UHGV virus genome: UHGV-0087418
Length of the DNA stretch: 64,000 nucleotides
DNA from: a virus
Direction: 5' to 3' (one strand)
Below are positions 28,880 to 39,250 of this stretch, in pieces. The notes under the pieces were generated by a model. That model saw only the letters and a program-made list of their open reading frames with translations, made no database searches and was not told the DNA's origin. Position 1 is the first letter of the stretch. Each line of letters starts with the position of its first letter. Both the position numbers and the translations under genes were made by a program.

Positions 28880-29443
28880 TTACCATTCCAATGCTAGTTT
28901 TTTGAGTTGTTTCTGTTCTTTTACATTCTTAGTCACTTCTTTTAAAAAATCATCCGTGACTAAACCTTTTAGTTCTTTTAATACTAAAGGAAGTTTTCCA
29001 TTTTTAGCAAGAATTGATTTATAGTTAATTGCATCATTTGTATTAACTTGATACCGCTTAGCAAGTAACTTAATAATCAATACTTCAGTAGAATCTTCGA
29101 CCAGTTTTGCCCATTTACCATATCTTTTACCCCGAGGAACAGCAGCCATCAGATAATTAAAATGGGCTTCATCGCTTAAACCTGATCCAATTAAATTCAT
29201 AGCATATACAGCTGGCATGCATTCAGGAAATTGTGATAATGCATTCTCAACCATGTATTTTGAATAATCTTTTTGAGCAATAGAGCATTTAGTTTTATTA
29301 TTAATAGCTCCAATTATTTCAAAAAATTCATTTTCAGCTTTTTCCTTAAAAGAATCAGCAGCAGATTGGACAGCTGTCCAATCTTTTGAATACCAAGCAA
29401 CTTGATGCTCGTTTAATTGAATATCATCTTCAAATAAGCTCAT
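28880..29443 (-). CDS. 62: clamp loader small subunit
   Basis: 187 aa; 62-44-45 synteny. Confidence 0.8.
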   Translation of the reverse strand: MSLFEDDIQLNEHQVAWYSKDWTAVQSAADSFKEKAENEFFEIIGAINNKTKCSIAQKDYSKYMVENALSQFPECMPAVYAMNLIGSGLSDEAHFNYLMAAVPRGKRYGKWAKLVEDSTEVLIIKLLAKRYQVNTNDAINYKSILAKNGKLPLVLKELKGLVTDDFLKEVTKNVKEQKQLKKLALEW

Positions 29444-29444
29444 A

Positions 29445-30404
29445 TCACTTCCACTGCATTTCGCATGCTAATTGAATGAAAAGATATGCTAAATGTAATT
29501 CCGTATTAGCCGCAATTCCATGATACTGATTATTTTCGCCGACAATTTCATACATACGAATAATACTTTGCGGAGTTACGCGTGTATAAATTTCTTCGGC
29601 AAGTTTACCTACGAACCACGAATAATCAGCTGCATATTTTGGCGCTAAAGCTCTGAGCTGTTTAACATCTTTATTTTTGAGAGATTCAAGAACATCATCA
29701 ATAGCACCACGATCGTTAGTAACCAGTGATAAAATACCAGCATCCAAAACACCTTTAGATGAATAACTATCGAGCTCGCCAATAGTTTTACGAAAATCAG
29801 GAAAATTCTTTTTAACCAAAGCTGCTACAACTTTCATATCAGCTATAGCAATTCCTTCATGCTTACAGATTTCAGTCAATCGACGAATCATCTGCTTCAT
29901 CATTTCAATTTTATCTTCATCAGTCGGTTGACCGAATGTAATAACTCGGCAGCGTGACTGAAGCGGTTTAATAATACCATCAATATTGTTAGCAGTAATA
30001 ATAATACTACAGTTTGAACTATAAGCTTCCATAAAGGAACGAAGATGTCGCTGAGACTCTGCTAACCCTGAACGGTCAAATTCATCAATAACGATTACTT
30101 TTTGACGACCATCAAATGAAGCTGCGCTAGCAAAATTAGTCAAAGGACCGCGAACGAAATCAATTTTACAATCTGACCCATTCACAAACATCATATCAGC
30201 ATTTACATCATGACACAATGCTTTTGCTACAGTTGTTTTACCTGTTCCTGGAGAAGGAGAATGAAGAATAATATGTGGAATCTTACCTTTACTTGTAATA
30301 GATTTAAAGGTTTCTTTATCAAAGGCGGGAAGAATACATTCATCGATAGTAGATGGACGATATTTCTGTTCAAGAATGTGTTCTTTTTCATTTACAGTAA
30401 TCAT
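29445..30404 (-). CDS. 44: clamp loader large subunit (AAA+)
   Basis: About 319 aa from internal start MITVNEKEH; Walker [11 protein letters not shown]. Confidence 0.85.
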   Translation of the reverse strand: MITVNEKEHILEQKYRPSTIDECILPAFDKETFKSITSKGKIPHIILHSPSPGTGKTTVAKALCHDVNADMMFVNGSDCKIDFVRGPLTNFASAASFDGRQKVIVIDEFDRSGLAESQRHLRSFMEAYSSNCSIIITANNIDGIIKPLQSRCRVITFGQPTDEDKIEMMKQMIRRLTEICKHEGIAIADMKVVAALVKKNFPDFRKTIGELDSYSSKGVLDAGILSLVTNDRGAIDDVLESLKNKDVKQLRALAPKYAADYSWFVGKLAEEIYTRVTPQSIIRMYEIVGENNQYHGIAANTELHLAYLFIQLACEMQWK

Positions 30405-30436
30405 AATTTCCTCATTCAAGTTTTAGTGTAAATTTA

Positions 30437-30450
30437 AGGGCCGAAGCCCT
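30437..30450 (-). terminator. Stem-loop with UUCG tetraloop
   Basis: agggccgaagccct; identical 14-mer also at 36462 and 40101. Confidence 0.45.
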
Positions 30451-30453
30451 TTA

Positions 30454-31140
30454 TTAAAAATCGTGGGTAGAATCAGCTTCAAGAGCTACTACATAATTCG
30501 CGTGTTCACCTTCAAATTTAGCAGCACCTTGTTTACCTTTTGCCCAGAGCAGAAGTTTATAATTTCCTGGTTGCATTTTCATATTTGCCATATTGATAAT
30601 GAAATTAAATGTATTTTCACCATCATAATCACCAAGAGTCAAAGAATATTTAACGCGGGTCAAAGCAGAATCTTCCACTTTATTAAAACCGTTAATTACG
30701 ATTTTACCTTCTTTTACTGTGATAGCAATTGTATCAATCTGCAGACCACGAGATACACGCAACAGCTGTTGAAGGTCTTCAGCTTTAATTTCAGTAACAA
30801 CAGATGCTACCGGGAATGGAATTGGTTTATTAGGAGCAACTACTGTACTCGGATCGGCTGCTGGCCAAAAAATTGTTGAACGAGCATCAGCAATTTTAAT
30901 ATTTCCATCTTCTGACTGGGAAATTTCTGCATCGTCATTAACTAGGGACAGAATACCGAGAAAACCGTTCAAATCGTAAATTGCTACATCAAAATCAATA
31001 GTGTCAGAAATATTTGCTTCCGCATAAGTTGTACCATTAACTGCGCGAGTCATAATAAATTGACCAGATTTAAGCATAATACCAGAGTTAATAGTAGCGA
31101 AATTTTTAAGCAGAGCAGTAGTATCTTTAGACAGTTTCAT
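30454..31140 (-). CDS. 45: sliding clamp
   Basis: 228 aa, same length as T4 gp45. Confidence 0.85.
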   Translation of the reverse strand: MKLSKDTTALLKNFATINSGIMLKSGQFIMTRAVNGTTYAEANISDTIDFDVAIYDLNGFLGILSLVNDDAEISQSEDGNIKIADARSTIFWPAADPSTVVAPNKPIPFPVASVVTEIKAEDLQQLLRVSRGLQIDTIAITVKEGKIVINGFNKVEDSALTRVKYSLTLGDYDGENTFNFIINMANMKMQPGNYKLLLWAKGKQGAAKFEGEHANYVVALEADSTHDF

Positions 31141-31195
31141 GTAATTTCCTTCAATTCAAGTGAGATTTAATTTTATAACTAATTTAATAAAGCAA

Positions 31196-31585
31196 TTAAC
31201 GATTAAAATCGGCAGCAATTGTTTCCGCAACAATTTGAGCAGCGACAATTAGACGTTCATCTGCATTACCACAATAATCGTCTTCAAGGCGTTCACCACA
31301 TGAAGTCATAATAAATTTAGCACCAGCATTTAAAGATTCTGTAGTATGTTTGCGCATTAGTTCAATCCATTTATTACTTACTTCACGATCGATAGCTTCA
31401 TAATACGCATGACGAGCAGGTGCAGATTTAATTTTATTCTGAATAACTTCCATCGCGTTATCAGAAAGAGACAAAACCCATGCTCGACGAATTTTATTTT
31501 GATTTTGTGGATTTGATTCAGAACGCACGTGTTTTGGCTGAATATCTTTTACATCAACAGTATAATTCACAGTAATTTTAGTCAT
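31196..31585 (-). CDS. rpbA: RNA polymerase-binding protein RpbA
   Basis: 129 aa; position downstream of 45. Confidence 0.6.
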
Positions 31586-31594
31586 AATACACCT

Positions 31595-31786
31595 TTAGTC
31601 ATAATAATCAGTAACAGTCCAAGCTTCATTTCTGTTGGACATTATTTTCGTATATTCTGCTTTAAATGCATTCTTAAGCATAGATTCAGTAACTATATGC
31701 TCTTCATTAGAAAAATTATTTCTCAGAATATATCGTTTTATTTCAGGAATAGTTAATAGATGCTGTCCAGTTGAATATTCTGCCAC
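31595..31786 (-). CDS. hypothetical protein (45.2-like)
   Basis: 63-aa ORF; apparent GTG start. Confidence 0.35.
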   Translation of the reverse strand: MAEYSTGQHLLTIPEIKRYILRNNFSNEEHIVTESMLKNAFKAEYTKIMSNRNEAWTVTDYYD

Positions 31787-31796
31787 AGTTCCTCCG

Positions 31797-31804
31797 TATA
31801 AATA
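31797..31804 (+). promoter_or_regulatory. T4 late promoter TATAAATA on the plus strand
   Basis: tataaata at 31797-31804, about 33 nt upstream of the HNH endonuclease ATG, with an AAAGGA ribosome-binding site. Confidence 0.55.
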
Positions 31805-31837
31805 TGTTTATCACTCGCTGTATCAAAAGGATATGTT

Positions 31838-32554
31838 ATGAATTATAAACTAATTTATGAAAAGTTAATCTCTAATGCTAAATCTCGAAAACTTGATTGC
31901 TATACTGAATCTCATCACATTATACCACGCTGTTTAAATGGTAGCGATGATGCTTCAAACTTAGTAGATTTAACACCAGAAGAGCACTATGTAGCTCATC
32001 AACTTTTAGTAAAAATTTATCCTTCTGAACCAAAATTAGTCTATGCTGCTAACATGATGACAGTTTCTACGAAATACGCTAAACGTAACAATAAAACTTT
32101 CGGCTGGATTCGTCGTAAACTCTGGGAAATAGAAAAGAATAAAGAGTTCTCCCAAGAGACACGAAAGAAAATGTCCGATGCAGTAGCTAATAAAGCAAGA
32201 CTAACTTGTCCACATTGCGGTAAGTCTGGATTAAGCGGGAATATGAATCGATGGCATTTTGATAACTGCCCAAATCATCCCAATCCTAAAGTTAGACCGC
32301 CAATGTCTAAAGAACACAGAAATAATATCTCAAACGGGCTTAAAGCAATCGTTCTTGAAGAAACATCCTGCGAATTCTGCGGAATGATAGGCAAGAAATG
32401 CGTTATCGCAGCGCATAGAAATTTCTGCAAGAAAAATCCAAATGGACGCAAGAAAACTGAAAAGACTGGTACTTGCGTCCATTGTGGTAAAGTTACCACT
32501 TTCGGAAATTTATCAAGATGGCATAATGATAACTGTAAATATAAACCTAGCTAA
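31838..32554 (+). CDS. HNH homing endonuclease (mob-type, free-standing)
   Basis: 238 aa on the opposite strand to its neighbours; HNH core ESHHIIPRCLNGSDDASNLVDLTPEEHYVAH; three CxxCG...W/RH.DNC zinc-finger-like repeats. Confidence 0.7.
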   Translation: MNYKLIYEKLISNAKSRKLDCYTESHHIIPRCLNGSDDASNLVDLTPEEHYVAHQLLVKIYPSEPKLVYAANMMTVSTKYAKRNNKTFGWIRRKLWEIEKNKEFSQETRKKMSDAVANKARLTCPHCGKSGLSGNMNRWHFDNCPNHPNPKVRPPMSKEHRNNISNGLKAIVLEETSCEFCGMIGKKCVIAAHRNFCKKNPNGRKKTEKTGTCVHCGKVTTFGNLSRWHNDNCKYKPS

Positions 32555-34235
32555 TCTTAGCTAAACTAAATCTACCAACTTTTTCCATTTGAATGTGCTG
32601 ACCATATTCCTGTGGGTCATGGTCTTTATGCGAAATTATGAAGAAGTTGGTATCCTTCAAACCATCTAAAATTTTAGCCACATTTTTAATACCTTCAGCA
32701 TCAAATGCACCGTCATACACTTCATCAAGAAATAAACAACTTATTTTAACACCTGAAACTTTTTCAGCAATATCACGCCAAGTAAATAAAAGAGCAATAT
32801 CAATTCGTGCTTTTTCGCCTTGACTGAATGAAGCATAACTAAAATCTTCGCGACCGCGGGATTTAATTGTCTCATTAAATTCTTCATCTAATGTAAACAC
32901 ATAATCCGCTTCCATTATTTTAAGATAATGGTTAATCTGCTTATTAAATAATGGAATGTACTTTTTAATAATAGCACCTTTAATACCAGAATCTTTGAGC
33001 ATATCAGTCAAAATTCCTCTGTGGTATTTTTCCATTACTAAATTAGTTTTTGTCTTAACAATTTTATCAAGTTCTTCTTGAAGCAGTGCTATTTCATCAG
33101 CATGGTCAATAAACTCAGATGATGCTTTTTCTATAGCTGCTTTAACTTTTTTAGCTTTATCTACCGTCGTGATTAGAGATTGCTTTTTATTGCGAATATC
33201 ATTCGCCAACGTCTGCTGGGTTTTAATATTATCTCGGTATTCATCAACAAGAACTTTTAAATTATCACGATGTGTTGAAAGCTGTTCAAACGAATGTGTG
33301 CATTCAGAAACTTTATCTTTAATTTTAGAAACAACTTTATCACCGGAACTTAATTGTGACAAACAGGTTGGACATAATCCACCTTCGTGATACATATTAA
33401 TGACTTTATTATACGAGTCAATTTTTGATTTAATTAAAAATGCTTCTTGACCGATTTTATTAAATGCATCAGTCGGGTCTTCATCCAAAACAATATTAAC
33501 TAATCTTTCATTAGCTTCTTCTATTTCCGATTTTAACGTTCTAGCTTCTTTTGCCAAATCATCATACATATTCTGTAGACGAGTAAGGTTATCACCAGTT
33601 AATTTTTTCTGGCGTTCAACGTTATCATTATATATTTTAATTTGCTGGATAATACTATCTTTTTTAACATCAAGCACTTGGTTTTGTGAATTTAATTCAC
33701 GTATTAGTGCTTTATTAAGCTTATCCATTTCAGCTAATGTTCCTACCTCGAGCAGGTCTTCGACGAGTTTTCTTCTTGCAGGAGTGGATAGGCCCATAAA
33801 AGGGGTATATCCAGCCGTGCCGAGTACGACGATCTGTTTGAAACTGGCATATGACATTCCGATAAGCTGTTCAAATTCTGCTTGGAAATCTTTACTGCTG
33901 GCAGATTCATTAAGACGTGTACCGTTAACGGTGATTTCGAAAACATTCGGTTTTTGTCCTCTTTTGATATAGTACTTTTTCTCATCATATTCCATCCACA
34001 GTTCAACTAAAAGTTCTTTCTTATTTGTGCTGTTTATTAATTGACCTTTCTTTACATCACGAAATGGCTTGCCAAAAAGCCCAAATGTGATGGCTTCTAA
34101 CATAGTAGACTTACCACCGCCATTTCGTCCAGTAATAAGAGTTTTTTGAACCTTATCTAGTTGAATGTCAATAGGATTTCCACCTACTGACATTATATTT
34201 TGATACCTAACTCGGTTTAGTTTAAAATTCTTCAC
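32547..34235 (-). CDS. 46: recombination endonuclease subunit (Rad50/SbcC-like ATPase)
   Basis: 562 aa; Walker A GRNGGGKST, coiled-coil middle region, C-terminal signature/Walker B. Confidence 0.85.
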   Translation of the reverse strand: MKNFKLNRVRYQNIMSVGGNPIDIQLDKVQKTLITGRNGGGKSTMLEAITFGLFGKPFRDVKKGQLINSTNKKELLVELWMEYDEKKYYIKRGQKPNVFEITVNGTRLNESASSKDFQAEFEQLIGMSYASFKQIVVLGTAGYTPFMGLSTPARRKLVEDLLEVGTLAEMDKLNKALIRELNSQNQVLDVKKDSIIQQIKIYNDNVERQKKLTGDNLTRLQNMYDDLAKEARTLKSEIEEANERLVNIVLDEDPTDAFNKIGQEAFLIKSKIDSYNKVINMYHEGGLCPTCLSQLSSGDKVVSKIKDKVSECTHSFEQLSTHRDNLKVLVDEYRDNIKTQQTLANDIRNKKQSLITTVDKAKKVKAAIEKASSEFIDHADEIALLQEELDKIVKTKTNLVMEKYHRGILTDMLKDSGIKGAIIKKYIPLFNKQINHYLKIMEADYVFTLDEEFNETIKSRGREDFSYASFSQGEKARIDIALLFTWRDIAEKVSGVKISCLFLDEVYDGAFDAEGIKNVAKILDGLKDTNFFIISHKDHDPQEYGQHIQMEKVGRFSLAKIS

Positions 34236-34456
34236 AAAAGATTCCTTTTAATGTATCTTTTAGACCATTCTATCATATCATCATAATCTAAAAAGTATTC
34301 ATCAAATTCAGCCATGCAAACAACACCTTGCGCTGCTTTTGATGTGATATAAATTATTCCAACATATCTAGAATCTTCTTCGGTGTAATCAATATTTGCT
34401 ATGAATTCATCGTTAATGTCAAATGTCGAAAACTTCACAGTATGCATCCTTAATAC
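34232..34456 (-). CDS. hypothetical protein
   Basis: Small ORF after gene 46; probable start at internal ATG 34454-34456. Confidence 0.35.
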   Translation of the reverse strand, partial: VLRMHTVKFSTFDINDEFIANIDYTEEDSRYVGIIYITSKAAQGVVCMAEFDEYFLDYDDMIEWSKRYIKRNLL

Positions 34457-34682
34457 AAGATACAGCCATATCTTGTAATGATTTAGGTGTGTCATTATCT
34501 AAAATGTTGAAGTTAAAAGATACAGCCCAATCAGTGCAGACCGTAACCTTTTTAATACAATTATCTTCAACCTCTAGCGGTTCAAACCAATATTCAATAA
34601 TTTCTTTATGCCCAATATCATCTTTTACTTCGCATTCAAAATGCTGACTCATCATAACATTTTTAAATTCATCAAAAGTCAT
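34419..34682 (-). CDS. hypothetical protein
   Basis: 87-aa ORF downstream of gene 47. Confidence 0.35.
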   Translation of the reverse strand: MTFDEFKNVMMSQHFECEVKDDIGHKEIIEYWFEPLEVEDNCIKKVTVCTDWAVSFNFNILDNDTPKSLQDMAVSCIKDAYCEVFDI

Positions 34683-35698
34683 TGTGTTGCCTCTACATAT
34701 AGCTGATTTGCATATTGAATAAGTGCTTCGCGGTCAGAATCAGTGATGTCTGGAATTGCATTAATGTATTCTTCCATTAACGTCTGAAGTGATTGAACTT
34801 CAACTTCTTCACTATCATCTGACTCGACAGAGTTATCAATCTTTGACACAACTCGTAATGAATGCACAACTTTTTCTAGTTCAGATTCGAACTTCGTTAG
34901 ATTTTTGTCTACTTCAGTTACTATAACACGCACTGATAGATTTGTAAAATCTTTATAGTCAATTTTTCCCTTAAATGGATATTGAATTCGACGATGCCAG
35001 GTAGTGTTGTTTGGAATAAATTCCATTCGTTCTGTTTCTGTATCAAACATCCAGAACCCGCGAGGGTCATTCTCGTCACCCGCAGTTAGTGTCCATGGTG
35101 TCCCAATATATCTGACGTTAGCAGCCTCAGAGATAGTATGGAAGTGACCAGACCACACTTCTTTATAAGTCTTAAGGAAATCAGGTTCAAGACCGTGAGA
35201 TTTCATTCCTTTATAAAAATAAAATCCATTCAGCTCCCAGTGACCAACACAAAAAGAAGCAGATGAAGTTTTGATGTGTTCAAGAATTTCACCAGTATTT
35301 TCTTCACACATCCAAGGAATTAAATCAATCAAACATCCGTCAAAATCTACTGTAGTAGGCTTATCATATACTTTAACATTAGGATATTTAGCCAAAAGCT
35401 CAGTAGAAGCATTTGGATGCATTACATTTTTGTAGTGGAGATCGTGATTTCCTACAATAGTATGTAATGTGATTCCAGCGTCATCAAGCATTTGAACTAT
35501 TTCACGGGCAAACTCCATTGTTTTATGCGTGATCGCTTTTCGCACATCAAAAATATCACCATATTGAATCCATACCGTAATTCCATTTTTCTTAGAATAT
35601 TCTATCGCTTGCTTAATTCCATCAATTTGAATACCGCGAATCCACTCATCATCAGCTTTAACGCCTAAATGCCAATCACCCAAGTTTAGTATTTTCAT
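34679..35698 (-). CDS. 47: recombination endonuclease subunit (Mre11/SbcD-like phosphoesterase)
   Basis: 339 aa; calcineurin-like phosphoesterase motifs (GDWH, GNHD). Confidence 0.85.
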   Translation of the reverse strand: MKILNLGDWHLGVKADDEWIRGIQIDGIKQAIEYSKKNGITVWIQYGDIFDVRKAITHKTMEFAREIVQMLDDAGITLHTIVGNHDLHYKNVMHPNASTELLAKYPNVKVYDKPTTVDFDGCLIDLIPWMCEENTGEILEHIKTSSASFCVGHWELNGFYFYKGMKSHGLEPDFLKTYKEVWSGHFHTISEAANVRYIGTPWTLTAGDENDPRGFWMFDTETERMEFIPNNTTWHRRIQYPFKGKIDYKDFTNLSVRVIVTEVDKNLTKFESELEKVVHSLRVVSKIDNSVESDDSEEVEVQSLQTLMEEYINAIPDITDSDREALIQYANQLYVEATQ

Positions 35699-36299
35699 GA
35701 TGTCTTTTCCATCCTAATTTAGCTGCTTTTGAAACCAGTTCTTTAATTTTTCCTTTTGTCCATTCAGGACCAGGAGGTTCATGACATAACATTTGCTTAA
35801 CTCCGTTATTATACCATTTTTTACCTTTATTATGTGATGAAGCTTTAAATTTATTTGACCTTCCTTTTACATAACCTTCTGGAATATAAGGTAAAAAGGC
35901 AGATTTTCCTGTTAATGGATCATGTGAATGTATATTTCCTTTACAATTATGAGAACCATATAATGGATGATTTTGTCCTTTATTATCTCTTCCAAATGAA
36001 CCTTTTGGAGCAGCATATGACATATTAAAGAATAATGGATTTTTAACTGCATCATGCAATCGTTGATAATATAACTCGCATTTAATAGCTTCTTCACGCG
36101 TATCAAATTCAGCTAAAATGCATGAATCAAATAAGTGAGGATTATCTGAAAGCTCTTTATTATAAATTTTCTTATACTTTTTAGATAAAACTGAACCATG
36201 ATATCCAGCTAAATGCCTATCTAAAGACGTAGATCCAATATAAAAAGGAGGAAGTTTATCTCCATTATATATTGTTAAATAAGTTATATATTTTTTCAT
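35676..36299 (-). CDS. GIY-YIG-like (seg-type) homing endonuclease
   Basis: 207 aa; YLTIY...FYIGST (GIY-YIG variant) plus NUMOD-like GKKWYNNG; overlaps the gene 47 start. Confidence 0.5.
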   Translation of the reverse strand: MKKYITYLTIYNGDKLPPFYIGSTSLDRHLAGYHGSVLSKKYKKIYNKELSDNPHLFDSCILAEFDTREEAIKCELYYQRLHDAVKNPLFFNMSYAAPKGSFGRDNKGQNHPLYGSHNCKGNIHSHDPLTGKSAFLPYIPEGYVKGRSNKFKASSHNKGKKWYNNGVKQMLCHEPPGPEWTKGKIKELVSKAAKLGWKRHHENTKLG

Positions 36300-36461
36300 A
36301 TATCAAGAACCGTCATTGAAATGCAAAATAAAATTATTGAAATAAATCCATCTGGAGTGCTAAAAAACCCAATCCAACATGCTCTAGTGAATAGATAAAA
36401 TGCGAGAAAAAGTATCACATATCCAAGAAATATCATTATATCAAACTCCGTATAAAGCTAA

Positions 36462-36475
36462 AGGGCCGAAGCCCT
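36462..36475 (-). terminator. Stem-loop with UUCG tetraloop
   Basis: agggccgaagccct downstream of alpha-gt. Confidence 0.45.
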
Positions 36476-37678
36476 TTATTTTGTAATAATGTCAAACTGT
36501 TCTTTAAAGCAGAAGCTTGAATCTTGATGCTGATACAAAAATTCATAAGCTTTTTCGCGTTCACGGTCATAAAGAGCTCGGTCAGATGACAGTTCTTTAA
36601 TACGTTCAAATGTTGATTCCATGTCATTTTCATCAAACCAAACGATACCGCTATCATGCGAAATTAACGGAGTATTATCAACACGGAATTTTAAATTTTC
36701 GCCAGTAGATTTCCAAAATACTGGAATTGTTCCACATGCACCAAGCTCGAGATGAGTATATTCTAAAGAACGTTGTAGATATTTTTTGTCCAACTTACTC
36801 AGTTGATAACCAAATCCGGATTTACTCATGCGTTCAAGCATTTCGCTATTTACATAACGGTCGAGAATTTGCGTTGGCAAATTAGGAGCAATTTTAATTT
36901 GGTCTACTTGATGAAGACGATAATACTCGTATGGAATTCCTTTTTCTTTAATAGGAATGAACGCTGGAGAACGTTCCAGACCTTCCATAATAGTACTTAG
37001 TCCAGCAGGTTTAAGATGTTTTTCGTGAAAATCAAACATCTGATAAAAACCTTTCCATGTAGTCGTACGACCAATCCAACGGTTGACATTCATATTAATT
37101 TCAGAAACATCTTTCCAGTAGGTTGATCGAACCTTCGCAATATCCATAGGAGGCTGAAAGTTGTATACAGTCGGTGCTTCTTCAATATCATCAAACAGAG
37201 AAACTGTTTCTGGATACCATTCTTTCATCAGAACTTTATTAAAATCACCATTATCAGAATGACTAAAAATAACATCAGCTCGACGAACAGTTTCTTCTAA
37301 TCCCAAATTTCGGCGCAAAGAAAGAGAAGAATGGTCATGTTGATAAACTACAACACGAACCGAAGGTTTAATGTTATCAATAATTTTTTTATAGTTATTA
37401 ATAGTGTCTTCTTCGACTGAAGTAGCAGGAACTGAATTGATAATTAGAATATCACAATCATTTACCAGCTTAAGTGTTTTATCGTATTCTTTTGCCAATA
37501 AAACCGGAATTGAAAATGATTTATAATCATGCGCGCAATTACGAGTAAATGATTTATCTTTAGCATAAACCAAAGTTACTTCATGACCATTTTTAATAAA
37601 CCAATCACGCTGCTCGAGAGAAAATTTAGTTACGCCGCAACCTTCAAGACCTCGAGCCATAAAAATGCATACTTTCAT
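36476..37678 (-). CDS. a-gt: DNA alpha-glucosyltransferase
   Basis: 400 aa, same length as T4 alpha-gt; position between 47 and 55. Confidence 0.75.
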   Translation of the reverse strand: MKVCIFMARGLEGCGVTKFSLEQRDWFIKNGHEVTLVYAKDKSFTRNCAHDYKSFSIPVLLAKEYDKTLKLVNDCDILIINSVPATSVEEDTINNYKKIIDNIKPSVRVVVYQHDHSSLSLRRNLGLEETVRRADVIFSHSDNGDFNKVLMKEWYPETVSLFDDIEEAPTVYNFQPPMDIAKVRSTYWKDVSEINMNVNRWIGRTTTWKGFYQMFDFHEKHLKPAGLSTIMEGLERSPAFIPIKEKGIPYEYYRLHQVDQIKIAPNLPTQILDRYVNSEMLERMSKSGFGYQLSKLDKKYLQRSLEYTHLELGACGTIPVFWKSTGENLKFRVDNTPLISHDSGIVWFDENDMESTFERIKELSSDRALYDREREKAYEFLYQHQDSSFCFKEQFDIITK

Positions 37679-37702
37679 TTAATATCCTCATTGTTTTGGT
37701 TT

Positions 37703-37726
37703 ATTTTACCAAAAATTTATAAAGCA
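37703..37726 (-). promoter_or_regulatory. MotA-box middle-promoter-like element (TGCTTTA-N11-TAAAAT)
   Basis: Plus 'taaagca' at 37720-37726 and 'atttta' at 37703-37708, upstream of alpha-gt. Confidence 0.4.
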
Positions 37727-37731
37727 ATATA

Positions 37732-37745
37732 GGAGCCGAAGCTCC
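37732..37745 (-). terminator. Stem-loop with UUCG tetraloop
   Basis: ggagc-cgaa-gctcc. Confidence 0.4.
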
Positions 37746-37918
37746 TATCCGCATAATACACCATACAGAGGCTCATTAGAGCTTCTAAATTTTATACGCT
37801 TATATGTTATAGTTCCTTCTGCTTTAGCTTTATCATGAGACTCTTTAAAGCGTCTCATCATTTCTGCTTTAGAGGAACGAATTTTATTATAATCTATTTC
37901 AGAAGTCTGGGTGTTCAT
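37745..37918 (-). CDS. small hypothetical protein (about 57 aa)
   Basis: Hand-translated MNTQTSEIDYNKIRSSKAEMMRRFKESHDKAKAEG...; not in the ORF track. Confidence 0.3.
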   Translation of the reverse strand: MNTQTSEIDYNKIRSSKAEMMRRFKESHDKAKAEGTITYKRIKFRSSNEPLYGVLCG

Positions 37919-37921
37919 CTT

Positions 37922-38128
37922 TCACAGTTGCCACCATTTTTTGACTTGATAGGAATCAACCCACACTTTCATATTAGGGTCTGCTCTTACAATAGGAGGA
38001 TTAACTTCTTTAATTGAACTATCATGGTATTCTTTTTCAGAAATTTTCACACAAAGATGACCATTCAAAGATTCAGTAAATCCTGCATTAATTTTAAGAC
38101 GCTTGAATTTTACGTTTGTAAGCATCAA
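37922..38128 (-). CDS. hypothetical protein
   Basis: 68-aa ORF. Confidence 0.35.
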   Translation of the reverse strand: MMLTNVKFKRLKINAGFTESLNGHLCVKISEKEYHDSSIKEVNPPIVRADPNMKVWVDSYQVKKWWQL

Positions 38129-38411
38129 TCATATCCTCAATCTGCGATCTAGTAGTCTTCCAAAGAATACTAATGAGTTCATCGTTATATGGCTGTTTTA
38201 GAATATCCCGACTTTTCTTGATAGCATATTCGTATTGAGCAAAATTATTGTTTTCAGCTGCAATCTGAGCGTGCTTATAAAGACGGTTCAGTTCACGTTT
38301 GTTTTTAGACAATAACTTATTTGCTTTTCTTTCTGCTTCAAGACGGTTCTTTTCTTCAATAGAAGAAATAAGCTTTTCCACTTCATCATTAATTTCGGGT
38401 TTATCAGTCAT
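38094..38411 (-). CDS. hypothetical protein
   Basis: 105-aa ORF. Confidence 0.4.
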   Translation of the reverse strand: MTDKPEINDEVEKLISSIEEKNRLEAERKANKLLSKNKRELNRLYKHAQIAAENNNFAQYEYAIKKSRDILKQPYNDELISILWKTTRSQIEDMIDAYKRKIQAS

Positions 38412-38412
38412 A

Positions 38413-38631
38413 TTATTTCTCTAATATAAAATAAAAATCATCATCTGTTAAATGATACCGATAGTTTAATTCTACACCATTAGATTTAAAAGCGGTATCA
38501 TACGGATTTTCTGGATCAATATCAATGTCAAGAGCTAAAACTTCCCTGAGATACATTTTAAGTAAATAGGGAATAGCTTCAACTTCAGGTATTTCTTCCA
38601 AGAATCCGGAGAGGTTAATCGTTAGCCTCAT
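38413..38631 (-). CDS. hypothetical protein
   Basis: 72-aa ORF. Confidence 0.4.
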
Positions 38632-39178
38632 ATAAAAAATCCAAACTAGGAGAATCGTCTACAACACTTTTCTTTTCAGCCCCCGGTGTTCTATAGGTTG
38701 ATTCTTCGTAATGCGTCATTTTATCGTAGATGTCTTGAATAAAAGTTTCATCTACTAACGCAACCATATCGTCGTCACGACTGTCATAGACATTGTGAAC
38801 GAAGTAACTGTATTTCTTTGCAACTTCCTTACGTTCTTTTTTAATACGTTGGACGAATGCATTAAAACAAGCTTGAGTTATATATGCATGTGGGTTTTTA
38901 TATTTCGTTTCATCAAAATTATGAAGCCCCTTAATAGAAGCTTCTATACCATCTGCAATCATTTCTTGTTTCCAAGATTGGGTGTATCCTGAAAAGTTGA
39001 AACGTTTAGATAAGCCTTCTGCAATAAGCATAATGGCTAATCCGATAGTATCATTCTGACGAACTACTTTATTTGGGTCTTTATTATTTGCTAATTCTGT
39101 TTTCCAATCAATAATAGCTTGTAAAAGCTCTTTATTGTTTACGTAATTATATTTAGGCTTAGTTTCTGACATTTTCAC
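38615..39178 (-). CDS. 55: late-transcription sigma factor
   Basis: 187 aa; matches T4 gp55 in length and position. Confidence 0.85.
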
Positions 39179-39250
39179 CTCTTAGCTCAATTCATAGATC
39201 TATTATATCATAATATTTGAAGATCTATCTTAAAGCATAGAGGATATCAG

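Noticed and set aside
36436-36657. 73-aa ORF overlapping the 3' end of alpha-gt and the terminator
   Set aside because: Alternative frame across the alpha-gt C-terminus and the UUCG hairpin; not an independent gene.
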